Assembly: GCA_963701855.1 (NCBI GenBank)
Contig: CAVPBK010000006.1
Coordinates: forward strand, 1,504,001 to 1,568,000
DNA length: 64,000 nucleotides
From: Nitrospirota bacterium
GTDB lineage: Bacteria > Nitrospirota > Nitrospiria > Nitrospirales > Nitrospiraceae
Reading direction: 5' to 3'
The stretch's first letter is position 1, and the number at the start of each line of letters is the position of its first letter. This document shows, in pieces, positions 20,610 to 32,079 of the stretch. The notes below the pieces were generated by a model. The model saw nothing but the letters and a program-made list of their open reading frames with translations, searched no databases and was not told the DNA's origin. The translations under genes were made by a program, and so were the position numbers.

Positions 20610-21080
20610 CTATTTCCGTTTCCGCCACTCCCACGGGGGCACAGGATGAGGATGAGCCCACAAGCCTTTCCGCGCCTCTCGGGCATCCTTTTCTAGTCCT
20701 TCCAGCACCGTATCTGCCCGCGCATATTTCCGATACCACCAGCACAAGCTCTGCTTCACGAGTTCCTGATTGAGATTCATCCCATCAGGCGGGGTCGCAT
20801 CGCCAAGGGTGCGCTTATACTGTTCGTTGCCGTGCGTCTGGATCGTAACGTTTTTGCCGAAGGCGAGGGATGAGGCGGCCTGCTTCGCTCGTTGGCCGAA
20901 GGCTTGGCCTTTTTCTGGGCAGTCGATCCCATTAAGACGGATGCGTTCACCTTGTTGGTGGTGCAGGACTTCGATGGTGTCGCCGTCAATTATCCCGACT
21001 ACTCTTCCGTTGAAGTCGGCAGCTAGCAAGGCTGTACGGTGAACGAGGCGGCTCCTAGAAAGCGCTGGGGTATCGGCCAC
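20610..21080 (-). CDS. Thermonuclease (SNase), 5' end possibly replaced
   Basis: IIDGDTI, RLNGIDCPE, YKRTLG, EARKGLW, PPWEWR. Confidence 0.9.
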   Translation of the reverse strand: MADTPALSRSRLVHRTALLAADFNGRVVGIIDGDTIEVLHHQQGERIRLNGIDCPEKGQAFGQRAKQAASSLAFGKNVTIQTHGNEQYKRTLGDATPPDGMNLNQELVKQSLCWWYRKYARADTVLEGLEKDAREARKGLWAHPHPVPPWEWRKRK

Positions 21081-21709
21081 CCGCCCCAGAGACTTGCACC
21101 TTCGCGCCGGTCAGCGTGTCAGCGTGAACGAACTTGAACGGTGGCCTAACAACTGGGGGCAGGTCAACACCAAAGAAGGGCATTAGCGACATTTTATTTC
21201 GCAAGGACTCATCGGAACTCAAGCCAGGAATTGCAGAGTGCCTCAAGCAATCGGGAACTCTCGTAGTTGTTCTCTTTGGAAATGATAGTCTGTCTCTCGA
21301 ACTCTAAAATCATAAAGAGCTTTAAAGATGTTCTGGTGAAAATAGACAAGAAGTTTAAGAAAGCGAAGATACTCGTCTGGCGCTTCTTGAATGCCTCCAG
21401 GTTGATGTTTACACTCAGCACGCAGTGCAGCGGCATTAAGGTTGGGGCGTTACAAATCTAGACAGCATAGACGGAGTTATCTGCGTACAAAGGAGCTACA
21501 CAAGTAACTCTTCACAAGGAGGGCATTATGCCAGCTCTTCGCAAAATCCTCGGTTCGTATCAAGTAATGTCCTGCCTGTGCCAGAATTCACCGTATTTAA
21601 GATCATTGGCGTTGGGGCAACCTTATGTAGGCGGTGTTTACAACCTCGGGGGCGCGGTTGTTGTGCTCACGAAACATAGATTTAAGCTATCCTACAAGGA
21701 GGTTCAATC

Positions 21710-22532
21710 ATGAGTAGCGCGAAGACCATCAACTCTTGGATTGTGTCGATGCTGGTGATGGGATTGATAGAGGCTGGTGCAGGGCCCATTTTTGCGGGAC
21801 CATACCAGGTGATCGATGTCACGGACGGAGGCACCATTACCGGAGTCGCGGTATGGAAGGACGAGGTTCCTGAACTCCCGTCAATCGAAAACGGGTAAGA
21901 CAAAAGCGCATGCGGCGACGAGACGCCGTCTCAGGCGTTACGGGTCAATTCGAATAATAAAGGTGTGCAGTACGTTCTTGTCTATCTTGAACAAGTTGAG
22001 AAGGGAAAGGCCCCGGCGGACAAATACCGGCTTCATATGGCCGCGTGCCAATTCAAGGAGCACATTTTCCCATTTGTCAGAAGCCAAACGATGACGATGG
22101 TCAACTACGATCAGATTTTTCCACAGCCCACATTTTTTCAACGTAAAGCATGACTCACTGCTGAACATCCCCATGTCCGATTGCCGGTCAGGAAATTGAC
22201 CACAAGTTCTTCCAGATACCTGGAAGGAACGAAAAGGGCGTGATGCGGCTTCAATGTGATGTCCATAACAACATGAACGCCTATTGGGCTGGATTTGATC
22301 ATCCGTATTTTGCGGTCACGGACGCGGACGGAAAGTTTGTGATTAGCGGGGTTCCGGCAGGCAAGTACAGCCTTGGTGGCATGGCATGAGGGTTACAAGA
22401 TTATACGGGAGGAGAAGGGGCGACCAATATACGACAGACCGCATGTCCGCCAGCAGGAGATTGAAGTCAAACCAACAACGACCATTGAAGTTGGCTTTGA
22501 GTTTCCAGTTCGAAAAGTCTATATCGATTATA
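21710..22532 (+). pseudogene. Secreted carboxypeptidase-regulatory-like/cupredoxin-like protein with several frameshifts
   Basis: YQVIDVTDGGTITG; VQYVLVYL; LQCDVHNNM..FDHPYFAVTDADGKF.ISGVPAGKY.LVAWHEG spread over frames. Confidence 0.75.
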
Positions 22533-22698
22533 ATTGACAAGGCGTGTTTTAAAAGACATCCGAGTGGTTGTCGCCTGTCATGAAGAAGGAAATGGTGCCA
22601 GGAACAGTTTCTAGCTGCCTTGCGTCGAGTTCCAGGCGAGAAGTAGGCTGGCGGTGAGAAAGAAAGGTTGAGGCTGAGGCTCAGTAAAGAGGCTCGCC

Positions 22699-23154
22699 AT
22701 GTGGGTTGTCTTCCTCCTTTTGCTCCTGCTGCTGCCACTGCCGTTCTCCATCCACGCGGAAGATCTCGGCGAGCTAAGCGCAAATCCGTTCAATCTTGAG
22801 TCCACGTCCAATCCATTCGGAGCCGGGAGCCCCTACAAGCCGGACGGCATCAACAATCCCTTCAGTCCCTACGGCAGTCCCTTCAGCAATCAATCAGCAA
22901 CGAATCCGTTCGCCACCGATGCACCTCGGCTCCTTGCTCGTCCCTCTGGTCTGTCTGGTCTCTTTGGTTTCTCTGGTTATTTTCCGGTCCGGTCAACAAG
23001 ACAGACCAAATAGACCAGATAAACGAGATAGACCAGTTTCGTTTCTCCGTTCTCACCAGTCTCGATCAAGAATCCCTACGGCGCAGGGAATCCCCACAGC
23101 CCCAACAGTCCCACGAATCTCTACGGTCGCGGCCTTCGAATTGAAGGACGCTGA
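22699..23154 (+). pseudogene. NPYG/NPFG-repeat protein, copy 3, interrupted by a 111-bp palindrome (22933-23043)
   Basis: Same junctions as copy 2; type 1 motif at 22589-22611 upstream. Confidence 0.85.
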
Positions 23155-23345
23155 TCCATTCGCTAAGCCGCTCCACGTGATCTCATGGCTGCTTGACACC
23201 TCAGTACTACACCGTAGCCACGGGTTTGCTGTCGTAGCCATCCCCGGCAGTGACCGACCGGCTAACTCCCATGAAGCGCACCGCTCGCGCCAGTGTCACT
23301 CCCGCCGCTCGTTCCTCTCCGGCACGCTGGCGATGGCCTCTGCCT

Positions 23346-23522
23346 GGCCCGAACGATTCATGAATACCTGCTACGTCGTCCGATCCTCTCGCCCGGCGGG
23401 GCTTTTCTCGTTCGGCCTCCTCGACGGACTGACAGTACGCCTGCGTCGGCCTTACTTGCGAGAAGCCCCGGCGGGCTTCGGTCTCGAACGTCTCGCGACG
23501 GCATTCATGAATAATCCTGGCT
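23346..23522. mobile_element. MITE-like palindromic element related to 2065-2256
   Basis: Ends GGCCCGAACGATTCATGAAT / ATTCATGAATAATCCTGGCT; empty site visible at ~20165. Confidence 0.75.
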
Positions 23523-23604
23523 TACTTTTCCTCCGTGAACTGTGCGTTGGCGCTCCTTTTTCTGTGCGAGAGCCAACTTCGTTTCAACCAAGGAGGAAAC
23601 AAAG

Positions 23605-24026
23605 ATGGCAAGGAGCCTGTCCGACATTGCCCTTCGTGACGAGGCGAAGGAGGTGTGGCCAGATGCGAGGCCGCAGGTCTGGAAAAACCGGAGGTGTATT
23701 CGCTGGAATCCATTGAGGATTTTTTCGGGCCGAGAACGACGCAGATGGTCGCAGATCGTTCGCTGCAGTAGAACGGTCAATATCGGACAGGCTCCTCGCA
23801 ACAACAAACCGCGAATACTCTGCGATGCGGCAGCATCAAAGTGACGATCTGGGAGAATGTCAGCGAGAAGGGTCTGTTCTTCTCAACGACGTTCTCTCGC
23901 CCATTCAGGGATCAGTCCGGCGCGTGGGGCAATGGGACCTCCTTCGGTCTCAACGACCTTGAAGCGCTTGTCACGGTTACGTGTGACGCCAAGGAGTGGA
24001 TTGCCGCTCACGCCTTGAAGCGTTGA
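23605..24026 (+). pseudogene. Degenerate PC4/PUR-like gene with a ~190-bp foreign insert after the start
   Basis: Leader and RBS as at 20190-20250; homology resumes at ~23800. Confidence 0.75.
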
Positions 24027-24169
24027 GCTGCTTCCATGGGAAGCCTCCGATCTCTGAGGGCTTCCCTCCGACCCAGCTATTCTTCTACTTCTTTATGAAG
24101 TAACAAAATTCCAGTACAACATGGTCTAGTTGTTCGGGGGAAGGTCATGACCAGCCGCCGCGATTCGCT

Positions 24170-25378
24170 CTAGTAGTCGACCAGCCGCGCCCACTCGGCG
24201 GCTTTGAAGGCGTCTGCGCGGTTGGCGCGCGGCGGATAGATCCACTGCGTGTTGATCTCGCGCTTCATCGCCTTGGCCTTGTCGCCGCTCAGCTCGACCT
24301 TGGCATCCCAGCCTCTGGTGAACACGGCGTCGGACGGGCCAAGATCGAGGCAGGTGACGTAGTTCTTCTGCTGGTATGGCTCCAGCGGCACGTCGAGCAG
24401 GTCCGCCGCCGCGTTGAACCCGGCGGAGGCACCGAGCCGGTTGGCATGCTGGCACGACATGAGCGCTCGGTGGCCCAGGTCGTCCGTCGCCGCCTGCGCG
24501 GTGTCGCCGGCTGCGAAGATCGTCGGCACCGCGGCAACGCGCAGATTGCGGTCAACCACCAGTCGGCCGGAACGATCGCGCTCAGCCGGGACTTGCGCGG
24601 TGAGTGGACTCGCGCGGAAGCCGCCTGCCCAGATCACGGTGGCGCTCTCGATAGACTGCCCGTCGCTCAGGGTGACGCCGCTCTCGGTCAGCGCCGAGAC
24701 GCCCACGCCGACCCTGGTTTCCACGCCGGCCTCGCGCAGCGCCTTCTCGATCAGCGGACGCGGATGGGGGCCCATCGCGGGCGCGATGGCGTCGTTGCGG
24801 TCGACGATGATGACGCGGACATTTGCCTTTGGCCCGAGGATGGCGCGCAGGCGCGACGGCATTTCTGTGGCCACCTCGATGCCGGTGAAGCCGCCGCCGC
24901 AGACGACCGCCGTGTCGCGGGCGACAGAGGATGGCCGGTTAGCCAAGGCGTTGACATGATGGTCGAGCGCGATTGCGTCGTCGAGCTGATCGACGGTGAA
25001 GCCGTACTTGGCAAGGCCTGGGATGTCCGGCTTGAACCCTTGGCTGCCAGCAGCCAGCACCAGGCGGTCGTAGCGCAGCGAACGTCGCATCCCGTCAGGC
25101 CCGACGATCATGGCCGACTTGCTGGCGGAGTCGATGACGTCGACCCGACCCTGTTCGTATCGGACATTGACGGCGTCGAACAGTTCCGCGAGTGATGCCA
25201 CCATGGCCTCGGGCGCGCGCTCGTAGAGGCGGGGACGGATCACCAGCCGGGGCTCCGGCGCAATGACAGCAATCTCGAGGGTGTCGGGCGAGACGCCTTG
25301 CTTGTCTCGCAGGCGCGCGGCGGACAAGGCTGCATACATGCCGGCGAAGCCGGCACCGACAATCAGGATGCGTTTCAT
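24170..25378 (-). CDS. NDH-2-like FAD/NAD(P)-dependent oxidoreductase
   Basis: ILIVGAGFAG, YDRLVLAAGS, VCGGGFTGIEVA, IFAAGD; GGGAGG RBS; visibly GC-rich. Confidence 0.9.
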   Translation of the reverse strand: MKRILIVGAGFAGMYAALSAARLRDKQGVSPDTLEIAVIAPEPRLVIRPRLYERAPEAMVASLAELFDAVNVRYEQGRVDVIDSASKSAMIVGPDGMRRSLRYDRLVLAAGSQGFKPDIPGLAKYGFTVDQLDDAIALDHHVNALANRPSSVARDTAVVCGGGFTGIEVATEMPSRLRAILGPKANVRVIIVDRNDAIAPAMGPHPRPLIEKALREAGVETRVGVGVSALTESGVTLSDGQSIESATVIWAGGFRASPLTAQVPAERDRSGRLVVDRNLRVAAVPTIFAAGDTAQAATDDLGHRALMSCQHANRLGASAGFNAAADLLDVPLEPYQQKNYVTCLDLGPSDAVFTRGWDAKVELSGDKAKAMKREINTQWIYPPRANRADAFKAAEWARLVDY

Positions 25379-26456
25379 GGCTGGATACCTCCCATTTGAG
25401 TTGGTCGGGCAATGCTCGTCGAGCAAGGCCGCAGGAGCCCTTGTTTAACGACACACCAATGTCCTGCTGTAGCTTGTACGGTGGGGGATTGGGATTGCCA
25501 GCCCCTCGTAAGCCTCAGAATCATGCCGGCCTCATGATCAGTGCTTGAGAGAGATGACGGCGTTGGAGCGTCGAAGACTGGAGAATCGATCGCGCTAGGA
25601 ATGGTTGGTGGCGCGAGGGATAGCTAACTCCATACGCTGAAACGTCATCAGCGCTAAGTATTAAATTCTAAAAACAGAGGGAGGGATTAGTCAACTTAAA
25701 ATATTGCCAGTCTTCACACCAGCGATTTAAACATGCCTTGAAGCGCGTGTCACGGTTGCGTGGGAAGCCTCCAGCCCTCCCGGGGCTTCCCATGCAACTT
25801 CATGTAGTTCCGATGAAGCTCTTCATTCACTAACCAAGAGGAGAGCACGCGCTTCCGCATCAGTTTCTTCATGAATACGTTCCGCAAACTGAACTTCATT
25901 CACTCTATCAAAGACGGCGGAGTGCACGTCCACAGCTACATTTGCCCTTAATTGAGCATCATTGATTTCGAACCGAGCGAGCGTGACGCTGTCTGTCGGT
26001 TGAATCCTTGAAGTCTGAGCAATTTTGACCAGACTAGGATTTGTTCCCTCGACATACTGCCGTTCGCACTCACGCTCTGCCTGAGACTCGCCGGTGGTCC
26101 CAAGATCACCCCGGCGTGGTGTGCGGTATCTCGAATACCATGGGACCACATCCATGCCGGACTTGCGTCCAGTCCAGGGTCGAGTGTCTCGGCGTGAGCG
26201 ATGCCGTGAAGGTCACGATGAGAAAGATGTCATGAATCAGAACTCTGAGGGTCGTCAACATGGCGCTCGCGATGGACCGGTGAGGCAAGCGTCATGAGGC
26301 GAAAGTTCCATTCAAGAAGCCCATTGAATTGGCTCCTGATGGCCGGGAATTTAGGATACATCCATTCTGAAATAATCCATCAGTACATCACTCGGTCGAA
26401 GAAACAAGGTAACCTGCTGTTCCCCTCTCCGACCGTTACTAACCAAGGAGGACTCG

Positions 26457-26924
26457 ATGAAGACCAATATTCTCACAATAAGCGTGATTAGCATGATCGC
26501 CCTGCTGGGATTGGGTGTGCAGCCGAGCTTGGCGGGTCCTGAACCTGGCCCTCATGGGGAGATGAGAGGGCACCATCCCCAGCACGCTAACCACCTTCAG
26601 CATCTCTTGAAACACCAGAAAGAGATCGGGCTGACGGAGGAACAGGTGAAAAAGCTGAAAGCCATCGAACTCGACTTCGATCGTGCACGGATCAGATCCG
26701 AAGCGGAGATCCATATTGCCGAACGGGAATTGCAGGCGTTAGTGGAGGGGGAGGAGCAGGCCGACTTATCCAAAGTCGAAGCCAAAGTGAAACAGAGCGA
26801 AATGTTGGAAGTGGGACTGCGGATGTCGGCGTTCAAGGCCCGGAACGAGGCGCTCGCGGTTTTGACACCCGAACAACGCGCGAAAGGAAAGGCTGCCCAT
26901 GAAAAGCCTGAGCCACGCCCGTAG
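26457..26924 (+). CDS. Spy/CpxP-like periplasmic protein
   Basis: Signal peptide, His-rich N-terminus, LTEEQ and LTPEQ motifs. Confidence 0.85.
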   Translation: MKTNILTISVISMIALLGLGVQPSLAGPEPGPHGEMRGHHPQHANHLQHLLKHQKEIGLTEEQVKKLKAIELDFDRARIRSEAEIHIAERELQALVEGEEQADLSKVEAKVKQSEMLEVGLRMSAFKARNEALAVLTPEQRAKGKAAHEKPEPRP

Positions 26925-27178
26925 GGGGTGAACGGGTCGGGCGAACAACGTGAGAAAGGACAGACCGCTTTCTCGACGAGCGTCCCAATGCCAGAGAATG
27001 GTTGGGAATCGTCATGGTTGGGCGGGAGTCATCGTCTTAAGGTTCAAGAGATGATCGTGTGAAGTTCTAAGTAAAAAAGGATAGCGGTACTTCCCTAACG
27101 ACGGGTGGCGCACGACTGGCTCTCGTCACCTTCGCGATCGGGACCCTACGGGTGTGACATCACAGAGAAATAAGGGTG

Positions 27179-27571
27179 TCAGGAACCGTTTCTGCGCTTA
27201 TGCGCTCGAAATTTGACCAGTATAAACGCACACAACAGATTGATGATGAGGGCACCGCCGCCAGCGAGCGAGAGGGGAAGCGGAGTTGATGGCAATGGCA
27301 CCAAGAACTTCTCCCACGCCATCCAAAGCGTGGCGAGGCCTGGTATCAATAGGATACCGGCGAGGGCCGTGCCCACACGAGCCCGACTGGTTGCACTCCA
27401 GCCGAGCGCGATGGCGATCAGAAAACTCACCGAGGCATCTTCTAAAAAGTCGACGCTATCCGCAAACAGCGAGACCGAGCCGATTGCGAGAGCCACCGCG
27501 AACTCGACGCCAAAATAGACCAGGTTCAGGGCAGCAACGATGATGACCACTCGTCGAAGATTCGCGTTCAT
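27179..27571 (-). pseudogene. Cation-efflux (CDF-like) gene, N-terminal part
   Basis: IGSVSLFADSVDFLEDA; truncated after LVKFRAH. Confidence 0.85.
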
Positions 27572-27598
27572 TCCTCAGCCCCAGCCTCGTTTCATCTT

Positions 27599-28804
27599 CT
27601 AGCCCTCGTCGCTGAGATCATTGAGTCGTCTGACTGCTTTTTCCGCATGATCTGTCTTCGGCAAGAGGTGGGTTGGAACAAAAAACAGACTCGCAAGGAG
27701 TGTGGGCACTACCGCACTGGCGATGACCGCCGCCACAAGAAAAGAATATTGCTCCTGCGTCACCAACCCATGTGCCAAACCGTAGAGAGAAGAAATGGTC
27801 CCAAACGTCAAGCCAGTGGACATCAGAAGCGTGTAGTACCAGCGTTCATTGCGGTCCTGACGGAACAGGCTGATAAAGGGATAGAGGCCAAAAATCTTTG
27901 ACGCGACTTTGCCCATGAGCAACGCAAGAAACACTAACGGAGCCGCGAGCAGGGCGGGCAGGGACACGAGTGTTCCGGCTCGAAGAAAGTAAAAAGGCGT
28001 GAGAAATCCCACGGTCAGCGTACGCAGCCGCCGAATCCAGTGCGCGTCTCTCGCGGCACTTCCCGCGAGCACCATGCCGGCAAGATACGCCGGAAGAACT
28101 GCTTCGCTTCCCGACCACAGAGCCAGCGCGCCCAATCCAAAGAGCGTCAGCATAACCCATTTCGTTCTGATTGCCGCAGTACGATGAGCATAGTGACGCG
28201 TCAGCCATGCGGTGATGTATGGCAACATCATCAGCGCCACCACACTGCCCACGATGAAGATAACCGTCTTATAGGTAAACGGCGCAAAGAGCAAACCGAG
28301 GGCAATCACCGTTCCCAGGTCTGTGACAAAGCATGAGGCGAGAATGCCTTTCCCAAACTCCGTCTTATTAAAGCCGGTTTCCAGCATGACCGCATAGACA
28401 ACGGCCATGGACGTTGTCGAGAGAGCGACGCCGCAGAGCCAACTGGCATTCGCGTCCCATCCCAATACGTAATATGCGAGGGCAGCACAGCCGAGAAACG
28501 GCGCCATGAATCCCACCAATCCCACAACACTCACCTCCGTCAATTTCTTACGGACGATGTCGGGATCGAGTTCCGCCCCTGCGAGGAACGTGAGGACCAC
28601 GGCACCAGAGGCCGCGAGGAACCGCACCCACTCCGAGTCGGCGGCGAGGACATCGCCGAGACCAAAGAAGCCGGTCGCCGCCGCAGCGGCCACTCCCACA
28701 CAGATTTCAACGAGTGCGATCGAGAGGCGCAGGAAAGAAGCAATGAGAGCAGAAACCACAGCGAGGGCAAGCCACAGGGTTGCCGTGAGAAAGATTGATT
28801 CCAT
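27599..28804 (-). CDS. Cation:proton antiporter (CPA2-like)
   Basis: Many TM segments; FLAGAELD, ALSTTSMAVV, FVTDL. Confidence 0.9.
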   Translation of the reverse strand: MESIFLTATLWLALAVVSALIASFLRLSIALVEICVGVAAAAATGFFGLGDVLAADSEWVRFLAASGAVVLTFLAGAELDPDIVRKKLTEVSVVGLVGFMAPFLGCAALAYYVLGWDANASWLCGVALSTTSMAVVYAVMLETGFNKTEFGKGILASCFVTDLGTVIALGLLFAPFTYKTVIFIVGSVVALMMLPYITAWLTRHYAHRTAAIRTKWVMLTLFGLGALALWSGSEAVLPAYLAGMVLAGSAARDAHWIRRLRTLTVGFLTPFYFLRAGTLVSLPALLAAPLVFLALLMGKVASKIFGLYPFISLFRQDRNERWYYTLLMSTGLTFGTISSLYGLAHGLVTQEQYSFLVAAVIASAVVPTLLASLFFVPTHLLPKTDHAEKAVRRLNDLSDEG

Positions 28805-28896
28805 CGAGGAGTCCTCCGATCCGGCCAGGGGTTGCAGACTGCAAGGGCCAGTTGCCACCATGTTGGCGGCAGTCCTACGGCTACGGCAGTGGTAGT

Positions 28897-28946
28897 GGAG
28901 GAGTCATCAGCCTGGCCGAGGCCGTTGTACGAATGGCTCCATCCAT
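28897..28946 (-). ncRNA. Fluoride (crcB) riboswitch, variant
   Basis: ATGGATGGAGCCAT..AACGGCCT..AGGCTGATGACTCCT upstream of the antiporter. Confidence 0.65.
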
Positions 28947-29245
28947 AATGAGTAATGGGGATATGCGAAATGGTCACAAACTGGTGCAAATTATGAAGTG
29001 CCGTAGAGTGGGGTACCAGACAAGCCGAGGAAGCTCTCTTTGCTCATAACTCCCGGTTGGCCGTACAGGTCCCTCCGAGCCCACATTCTCTTGAATGGCT
29101 GGACTCTTGGTGCCCGAAGTTTACACCTCAGGTCTATCCTCATCGTCGATTGCGTGATCCTTTGACACTCGCATCATGCCTGCCAGTTCAGTTGGAATGA
29201 TAACGGATACTTCCCACCGCACCCTGGACCATTCGCCTAAACGAG

Positions 29246-30832
29246 TTAGAATCGCCAATAGAGCGACAGTTGTACCCGGCGGTTTTCGGCGTGCGCTCCA
29301 TCCGCATAGCTGGTGCGCGTAAAATTTGTCTCCAACCCCAGCCGAATTTCCTGAGTGAAATCGTGATAGAGATACCCATAGTACGTGGATTCGCGGTCAT
29401 AAATACTGCTCAACGTGCGCGTCGCTCCGCCACAGGCCGCCCCACTGACCGTGCAGGTCATCTGATTGGCGTTAGAGGAGTAGACCGTCCCATACCCTCC
29501 GCCGATCCAGGTCTTGCCGTCATTGGGCAGATAATAAGTGCTGTGCACCATCATCGATGTGGTTCGAATGGCTTCGAACGTGCCGGTTCGACTGCTCACG
29601 GCTGCCAAACCATTATCGATATTGGTTTGGCCAAAGGCAGGCCCGCCAAATCCACTGTTCGTAGGGGAAAATCCACAGGCAGGGTCGCACACCCCCCAGC
29701 TGAGCCCGTTAAAGAAGTCCGCAATCCCTGCTCCGGTGACGCCTTCCATGACCACATGGGCCGTATGTCCGATCTCCCCATTCTTTGACGGGAGGACTGG
29801 GAGAAAGAGACTTGAGGACACCCCCCATCCGGTTACATAGGTCTGACTACTCAGATTCGGTTGTCCGCCAGATGCATTGGTCGGCCCTCCCGAATTGGCT
29901 TCGAGCCGTCGACCGACCCCGCTGACTTGTAGGCTCAATGATCTAAGCGACGTGTCGGCGGCCTGGGCTCCGGTATAGGGCGCTTTCAGGCTGCTATGGG
30001 CCAGTTGAATTCCCGCCACAAACGAAGGCAGAGAGGCATCGGCTTGTGGCGGCCGCTCCACGGAGAAGACGGGAGTCAGGGATAGGCTATTGGTCAATTG
30101 AAGCTGCTTGGACAGACTGGCCAGGAGCCACCGATTAAACATATTCGCCGGAGTCACCCCCGTCGATACTTGCCCTCTCGCATATTGAGACATGAATCCA
30201 AACCACGACCAATCCTGCCCGACCTTGACGTCAACAACGGGGGTCTCGACCCGGAAGAATAGCTGATAGATCCGCAGGTCTGCATTGCTGAACGTCGAGA
30301 ACTCCGTCATGCCGGATTGGCCAATCGTCGGCTGGTTCCCCAGAAAATCCATGGCAAAAATCAGACGGCTCTTGATGTCGCGCCGCTCGGGGGCTCGCAC
30401 ATCAAGGCTGATCCGGCTGTACCGTGGGCTCATAAAGAACTGTCCATTGGCCCCTCCGACCCTGTTGGTCTGCAAGACGGGACGATTGCCGACTTGTTCC
30501 TGAAAGGATCGCGTAGAGTCGTCAATGAAATCGAATTCAGCGAAACCTCCCAGCTTGAATTGCAGCCCATTCTTCGTAAGCGCGTTGGCCTTCTTCACTC
30601 GTTCTTCCTCTTCAGCCTTCGCACGGTCCTCCTCTTCAACCGCTTGATCATATTCCTGTTGTGTGATGATGCCTTTGTTTAACAGAAGCTGTAGCGTGCG
30701 ATGTTCATCTCCTCGTGCAGGACTCGGGCTGGCGAACAGGAATATGGCGATCAAGACAATCAGTCCTACAACAATTTCGCCTCGAACGATTCCCCCAAGC
30801 CCATCGTCGTATTCATTCACTCTCTTTCCCAT
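29246..30832 (-). CDS. Outer-membrane porin-like protein (DcaP-like)
   Basis: N-terminal hydrophobic segment, LL.KGIITQQEY coiled coil, beta-rich body, C-terminal YWRF. Confidence 0.7.
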   Translation of the reverse strand: MGKRVNEYDDGLGGIVRGEIVVGLIVLIAIFLFASPSPARGDEHRTLQLLLNKGIITQQEYDQAVEEEDRAKAEEEERVKKANALTKNGLQFKLGGFAEFDFIDDSTRSFQEQVGNRPVLQTNRVGGANGQFFMSPRYSRISLDVRAPERRDIKSRLIFAMDFLGNQPTIGQSGMTEFSTFSNADLRIYQLFFRVETPVVDVKVGQDWSWFGFMSQYARGQVSTGVTPANMFNRWLLASLSKQLQLTNSLSLTPVFSVERPPQADASLPSFVAGIQLAHSSLKAPYTGAQAADTSLRSLSLQVSGVGRRLEANSGGPTNASGGQPNLSSQTYVTGWGVSSSLFLPVLPSKNGEIGHTAHVVMEGVTGAGIADFFNGLSWGVCDPACGFSPTNSGFGGPAFGQTNIDNGLAAVSSRTGTFEAIRTTSMMVHSTYYLPNDGKTWIGGGYGTVYSSNANQMTCTVSGAACGGATRTLSSIYDRESTYYGYLYHDFTQEIRLGLETNFTRTSYADGAHAENRRVQLSLYWRF

Positions 30833-30860
30833 GCCGAGCTCGTTGTCCTTACCATTGACG

Positions 30861-31472
30861 CTACAATCGTGTGCTCTCATGACGGACACAGGCGCCCGTG
30901 TTGTCCAACGCATACACAATGAACCCCCCGGTGGGGATGTTGAGATGCACGATTTGGAGGGGGGACAGCTGGTCAAGGTGCCTGACCAACGACCGGAGCC
31001 TATTGCTATGCGCAACCAGAAGCACTGTCTCGCCTTGGTCACAAACTAGGCGTGATCCGCGCCGCATAGTACAGTAGGACGTGCGCCACTGTATCCTGTA
31101 GGCTGGCGCTTTCTGGCGAGTGCTCCTCATCCCTCTGCTGCCACCCCCCACCTGCTGCGCTCCAGGCTTCGTGATCGTCATGGCGTTATTCCACCTTGGA
31201 GGATCGCCAGCCCTCCGTTCGTTCAGTGCCTGATTCTCCTCGATAGGAATCTTCTCTTGGCCGATGGCGGCTAACACAATCCTCAGCGTATCAGTTGCTC
31301 TGACGAGCCTGGACGTCAAGGCCTGATCGAATCGGTAGCCGGTCAGCTGTTTCGCTGCCGCGACCGCTTCTTCTTGGCCTTGTATCGAAAGCGGCACGTC
31401 GATCCATCGGGTGAAGCAATTGTCAAGATTCCATTCTGACTCGCCATGTCGCAGCAACATGAGGTATCCCAT
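30861..31472 (-). pseudogene. gpmA: 2,3-BPG-dependent phosphoglycerate mutase, degenerate
   Basis: LLRHGESEWNLDNCFT.WIDVPLS, ALNER, VLLVAHSN.LR, LNIPTG; scrambled middle. Confidence 0.8.
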
Positions 31473-31786
31473 GTTCGACTCCTCGGACTGGGATATTCCT
31501 CGGCCTCAGGGAGATTGTTCGATTCCACGAGTTCTCTTTGGACTACTTCCGCGCACGAAGATACGTAAGCGGGTTCATAGTTGTGGCCTCCGGCCAGAAC
31601 GCAAGTTCAAGCATACGTCTCTTTGTCATCTCGTCACTCCACGACCAAGACCGAACAGGAAACGAACCGCGCCACATTTTGCGAGGTTCCACCCCTGATG
31701 CCCCCAGGAATAAGCAGCCGGCTCTACTCGGCAGCGATGCATTCCCATTGGACAGTGTCACATCCACGTCCCGCTTGCCCGCCTAT

Positions 31787-31906
31787 TCATTGACCATATT
31801 GGTCAATGTTCATTTTGCCTTCAGCCCCTGGTGTCGGATCCGATAGAGCGAGACCCAGCACGAAGCCGCAAAACATGATGCAGACGATTTTGAATACCGG
31901 GATCAT
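31787..31906 (-). pseudogene. 5' remnant of the secreted paralog family (6863-like)
   Basis: ACCGAGGAGG RBS + MIPVFKIVCIMFCGFVLGLALS; early stop. Confidence 0.55.
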
Positions 31907-32079
31907 GAGAGCCTCCTCGGTTAGGTGGGAAAACACCCAAAGAGGAGATGACATGTACTCCGCCGACACAGACAACGAGGGTCTGACGTCGTCACGCCTC
32001 AAAACGGAAACCGTGCTCTCAGAGGAAGACGAGATTGAAAAGAAGAAAGGAAAAAGGGGCGTGGAACTCTGGAGACCCA

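Noticed and set aside
22796..23716. 306-aa ORF, and similar ORFs across palindromes (e.g. 2063-2347, 4161-4496)
   Set aside because: Alternate-frame read-through of repeats and MITEs, with no protein motifs
24414..25195. Long antisense ORFs over GC-rich genes (also 48476-49273, 50663-51370)
   Set aside because: Shadow ORFs of well-supported genes on the opposite strand
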